From a virus (lineage: Duplodnaviria > Heunggongvirae > Uroviricota > Caudoviricetes), in the IMG/VR virus record IMGVR_UViG_3300045988_155859: DNA of 48,404 nucleotides; one strand, written 5' to 3'. A program made the position numbers and the translations under genes. Positions 46,111-48,404 of this stretch are shown here, one piece after another (the stretch's first letter is position 1; each line of letters begins with the position of its first letter). Below the pieces are notes generated by a model. It was not told the origin of the DNA and did not search any database. It saw only the letters and a list, made by a program, of their open reading frames with translations.

Positions 46111-46491
46111 ATGAGCATGATTAAAATCCGCAAAAACGCTTTCCTTAAAATTCAAACTATCCTGGCTGGTTCTGTTGGCGTGATTTGCCGTTCTTCTTCA
46201 AGCCGCATCGATGACGGCTACGATGATGAGTATCGTTTGTCCTCGTGCGATGAGGCTTTAACCTGGCTGAAGGAGAATCAGGAACGTGCCCAGGTATATC
46301 TGGAAACAGAGAACGGCAATCAGATGCTCCGTATTAGCGGTCGTTATGGATTTGAAACCACATTCATGGCCTATTTTAATCAGGCTTACTTTGACAAGGA
46401 GTTGGCCTGGTACACTGATCGCATGAGCAAAAGCGAGCCAGCCCCGATTACACCGCCGAACGATAAACCATTTTTATTCCTCGTTAAGTAA
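46111..46491 (+). CDS. Hypothetical protein
   Basis: 126-aa ORF directly downstream of cassette copy C. Confidence 0.45.
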   Translation: MSMIKIRKNAFLKIQTILAGSVGVICRSSSSRIDDGYDDEYRLSSCDEALTWLKENQERAQVYLETENGNQMLRISGRYGFETTFMAYFNQAYFDKELAWYTDRMSKSEPAPITPPNDKPFLFLVK

Positions 46492-46594
46492 ACACAATGC
46501 GCAAAGTGTCAAAATGACACTTTGCGAGTGTTAATATAGGGGGCGTTTGAAGATAGATAACTTATTGTGGGGCAAGCCGATAACTTACATTGGG

Positions 46595-47020
46595 TTAGCT
46601 TGAATAGGTAGTTGGTATTTTGAGCATATGGCCAATCTCTTCGAGATGCTTAGATGGATTCTCCCCAGTCTTACCTTCATGTATTGACGCTATATAGTTC
46701 AAATTTTGAGCTGCCCCAAGAATCTCGGTGGCTGATGGAACAAGACGAAAGCCGATATGTAACTTTTTGATATAGAAAGGTAAAGTGGAATATTTCGCCA
46801 TTAACTGTGCTGCGGAATCTTTTAGATCATGAATGATTTCTGGCTTTAAGTTCGAGCCAGGATTCACTATTTTTGCTTGGTTACACAATAACAGATTGGA
46901 TATTTTCCCTAGCTGTTCCCTGAATGAAATGTAAGGCTCAATAGCTCCTTTGACGATGAGTTGGCCTAGAACAAAAACACTTACACCAGTGACCACGGTG
47001 ACAAAAGCAGATGAACTCAT
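46595..47020 (-). CDS. Hypothetical membrane-anchored protein
   Basis: 141 aa with an N-terminal hydrophobic segment (AFVTVVTGVSVFVLGQLIV); lone minus-strand gene. Confidence 0.45.
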   Translation of the reverse strand: MSSSAFVTVVTGVSVFVLGQLIVKGAIEPYISFREQLGKISNLLLCNQAKIVNPGSNLKPEIIHDLKDSAAQLMAKYSTLPFYIKKLHIGFRLVPSATEILGAAQNLNYIASIHEGKTGENPSKHLEEIGHMLKIPTTYSS

Positions 47021-47121
47021 TTTTTACCTAAAGCCTAAAGATTGGATTGTTAATACATCTTATTTTGTCGTGAGTGGCTATGTCTAATTTATTGAATATC
47101 TAGGGAAAGGTAGAGGATGTA

Positions 47122-47382
47122 ATGACGGGTTACGAATTGAAATTATGGCGTCGTGGGATGAACTGGACGCAGGAGCGAGCCGCCGAAGAGTTTGGGATAT
47201 CGTTGGCTACATATAAGCGATATGAGAAGGGTGAGCCGCCGAGGGTCATTGAGATGGCCATTCGCGTTCTGTCGTTTGACGATATGGTTAAGGATCTTTC
47301 ACACCTTGATAAAGATGTGATTCTGTTAAGGCTGCAAACCCTTGTATGGGAAAAGGTTAAAGTGTCGTCAGAATTGGAATAA
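47122..47382 (+). CDS. HTH (XRE-type) DNA-binding protein
   Basis: ...WTQERAAEEFGISLATYKRYEKG...; divergent from the 46595-47020 gene. Confidence 0.5.
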   Translation: MTGYELKLWRRGMNWTQERAAEEFGISLATYKRYEKGEPPRVIEMAIRVLSFDDMVKDLSHLDKDVILLRLQTLVWEKVKVSSELE

Positions 47383-47442
47383 GGGATCAAATGATCCTTT
47401 ACGGATCGTTTTATGGTGGTGTAATGTAAGCGCCAGAAAGAC

Positions 47443-47467
47443 AAAAACCGCCTTGCCGGGCGGTTTT
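47443..47467. terminator. Candidate bidirectional intrinsic terminator
   Basis: AAAACCGCC-TTGCCG-GGCGGTTTT: GC stem flanked by A-run and T-run. Confidence 0.5.
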
Positions 47468-48004
47468 CAGTCTGAAATTTAAATCTTGCTTGGTAGGCTG
47501 GATTTAAAAAGACACCTCTTGATTGGGGCGGCTTTCTTGCGTCTAAAGATAATCAAATCTTTTTGCGCCTGCAACCCCTTTTTTACTGGTGCCCATTTCA
47601 GACTCACGCTCGCGTCGTTGTCTTTGCCACTTCGTTGGGTTCGGTGTTTTTGGGCGAAGTGGCGCGCGGGTATGCGTACAAGGGGAAAGTGTGCTGACGC
47701 AAGCCAGGAACAGCGATCTAAACTAAGTCGAGTCTGAGAAAGGCAGGAGTGCGACAACTCGCCTGTGCTCTATGAGCAGAAGAAGGTATATCAGACGACC
47801 AATGGCATGATTGTGGGCCACAGGGCGCACACGGCGGCGAAGCATTGGAAACAATGTGGAGCTATCTGGTGGCATGAGTTCCGGTACTCGATCTCGAGCT
47901 TTTTTTGATGCTTTTGAGAAGGGGCCGGAACTCCGGTAAAGGGCACCCTGTATGGGGGGAGGGGGGGGTGTGTCTGAAGGGTGGTTATCGGTTATGGTGG
48001 AATT

Positions 48005-48193
48005 ATGATGCGTAGAAAAGCGAGTTTGCTGCAAGCTATTGGGTCCATTATTTCTTTGTTTCCGGCAGTTGATCATTTTCGTCATATGGCGACGCGTTCC
48101 AGTATGGGCTTGGCGCGTGATGCTGACGCTATTCGAAAGGATTTTCAGAAAGTCTCTGGCGTTGATAAGAGAGAAAAGAGTAAGGGGCCGTAG
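48005..48193 (+). CDS. Candidate small ORF
   Basis: 62-aa ORF from the ATG at 48005, convergent with the displaced antirepressor 3' end and sharing the hairpin at 48183-48201; weak support. Confidence 0.2.
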   Translation: MMRRKASLLQAIGSIISLFPAVDHFRHMATRSSMGLARDADAIRKDFQKVSGVDKREKSKGP

Positions 48194-48203
48194 CCCCTTG
48201 TAG

Positions 48204-48349
48204 TTATGGTCTGCTTTTCTGTGCCAGCTTATCAGCACATGTTTTTATCAGATCCTGTAGTGTCTTGGCTGGCAGGTTTGCATCCAGTACGCTGAGTATG
48301 CTGTTGTGATCAGCTTGGTCGACTACTTTGCCTGTCGGTGGTAGTAGCT
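48204..48349 (-). pseudogene. Displaced 3' fragment of the antirepressor gene (about 46 codons)
   Basis: Deleting the element and one TAGCT copy joins 48349 to 61 and extends the antirepressor frame by ...LPPTGKVVDQADHNSILSVLDANLPAKTLQDLIKTCADKLAQKSRP to a TAA at 48204-48206, followed by a hairpin at 48183-48201. Confidence 0.6.
48345..48349. repeat. 5-bp target-site duplication TAGCT (right copy)
   Basis: Identical pentamer to 56-60, abutting the GGGG terminus of the right IR. Confidence 0.7.
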
Positions 48350-48404
48350 GGGGTTTGAGGGCCAATGGAACGAAAACGTACGTTAAGGAGATAATTCGTT
48401 GTTT
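48350..48404 (+). mobile_element. Tn3-family (gamma-delta/Tn1000-like) terminal inverted repeat, right copy: 35-bp IR at 48350-48384 plus 20 bp of element interior
   Basis: GGGGTTTGAGGGCCAATGGAACGAAAACGTACGTT followed by AAGG, close to the Tn3 IR as I recall it (GGGGTCTGACGCTCAGTGGAACGAAAACTCACGTTAAG). Perfect inverted copy of 21-55. Confidence 0.75.

Noticed and set aside
47723-48238. 171-aa minus-strand ORF near the window end
   Set aside because: It overlaps the displaced antirepressor 3' fragment in a different frame and runs through the poly-G tract; proline/arginine-rich translation typical of a spurious frame.
1-48404. Terminal inverted repeats as hairpin telomeres of a linear N15-like plasmid prophage
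   Set aside because: No protelomerase-like gene is present. The repeats start 20 bp inside the window ends instead of at the termini, match the Tn3-family IR pattern, and are flanked by a 5-bp direct repeat typical of transposition.

Overview
The window reads as a near-complete temperate phage-plasmid (about 48.3 kb) of an enterobacterial host, with both window ends lying inside a Tn3-family transposable element. All calls come from reading the sequence and the supplied ORF translations; no searches were run, so family assignments are recollection-based. Layout, left to right: antirepressor operon (minus strand, 3' end cut by the transposon insertion); ParF/ParG-like partition cassette with AT-rich repeats; CI/Cro-like immunity switch with ACCAC-N5-GTGGT operators; nin-like early genes and a possible Q-like gene; a block of small translationally coupled genes; lysis cassette (two membrane proteins, GH108 endolysin, overlapping Rz/Rz1) and a tRNA(CAU); MT-A70 adenine methyltransferase; three ParB/Srx-domain paralogues, one fused to a methyltransferase; lambda-like packaging and head genes (Nu1-like TerS, gpA-like TerL, gpW, portal, protease, decoration, major capsid); P2/Mu-like contractile tail genes (sheath, tube, chaperone with -1 frameshift, tape measure, baseplate, tail fibre, fibre chaperone); a convergent hexapeptide acyltransferase; an IncFII-like RepA replicon with antisense-RNA-like hairpin and DnaA box; a HigB/HigA-like toxin-antitoxin pair. 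No integrase or protelomerase is visible, consistent with extrachromosomal lysogeny. The most notable observations are the Tn3-family inverted repeats with TAGCT target duplication at the window ends, a roughly 100-bp promoter/leader cassette present in three near-identical copies, a repressor-operator-like palindrome upstream of repA, and the ParB/Srx paralogue cluster.
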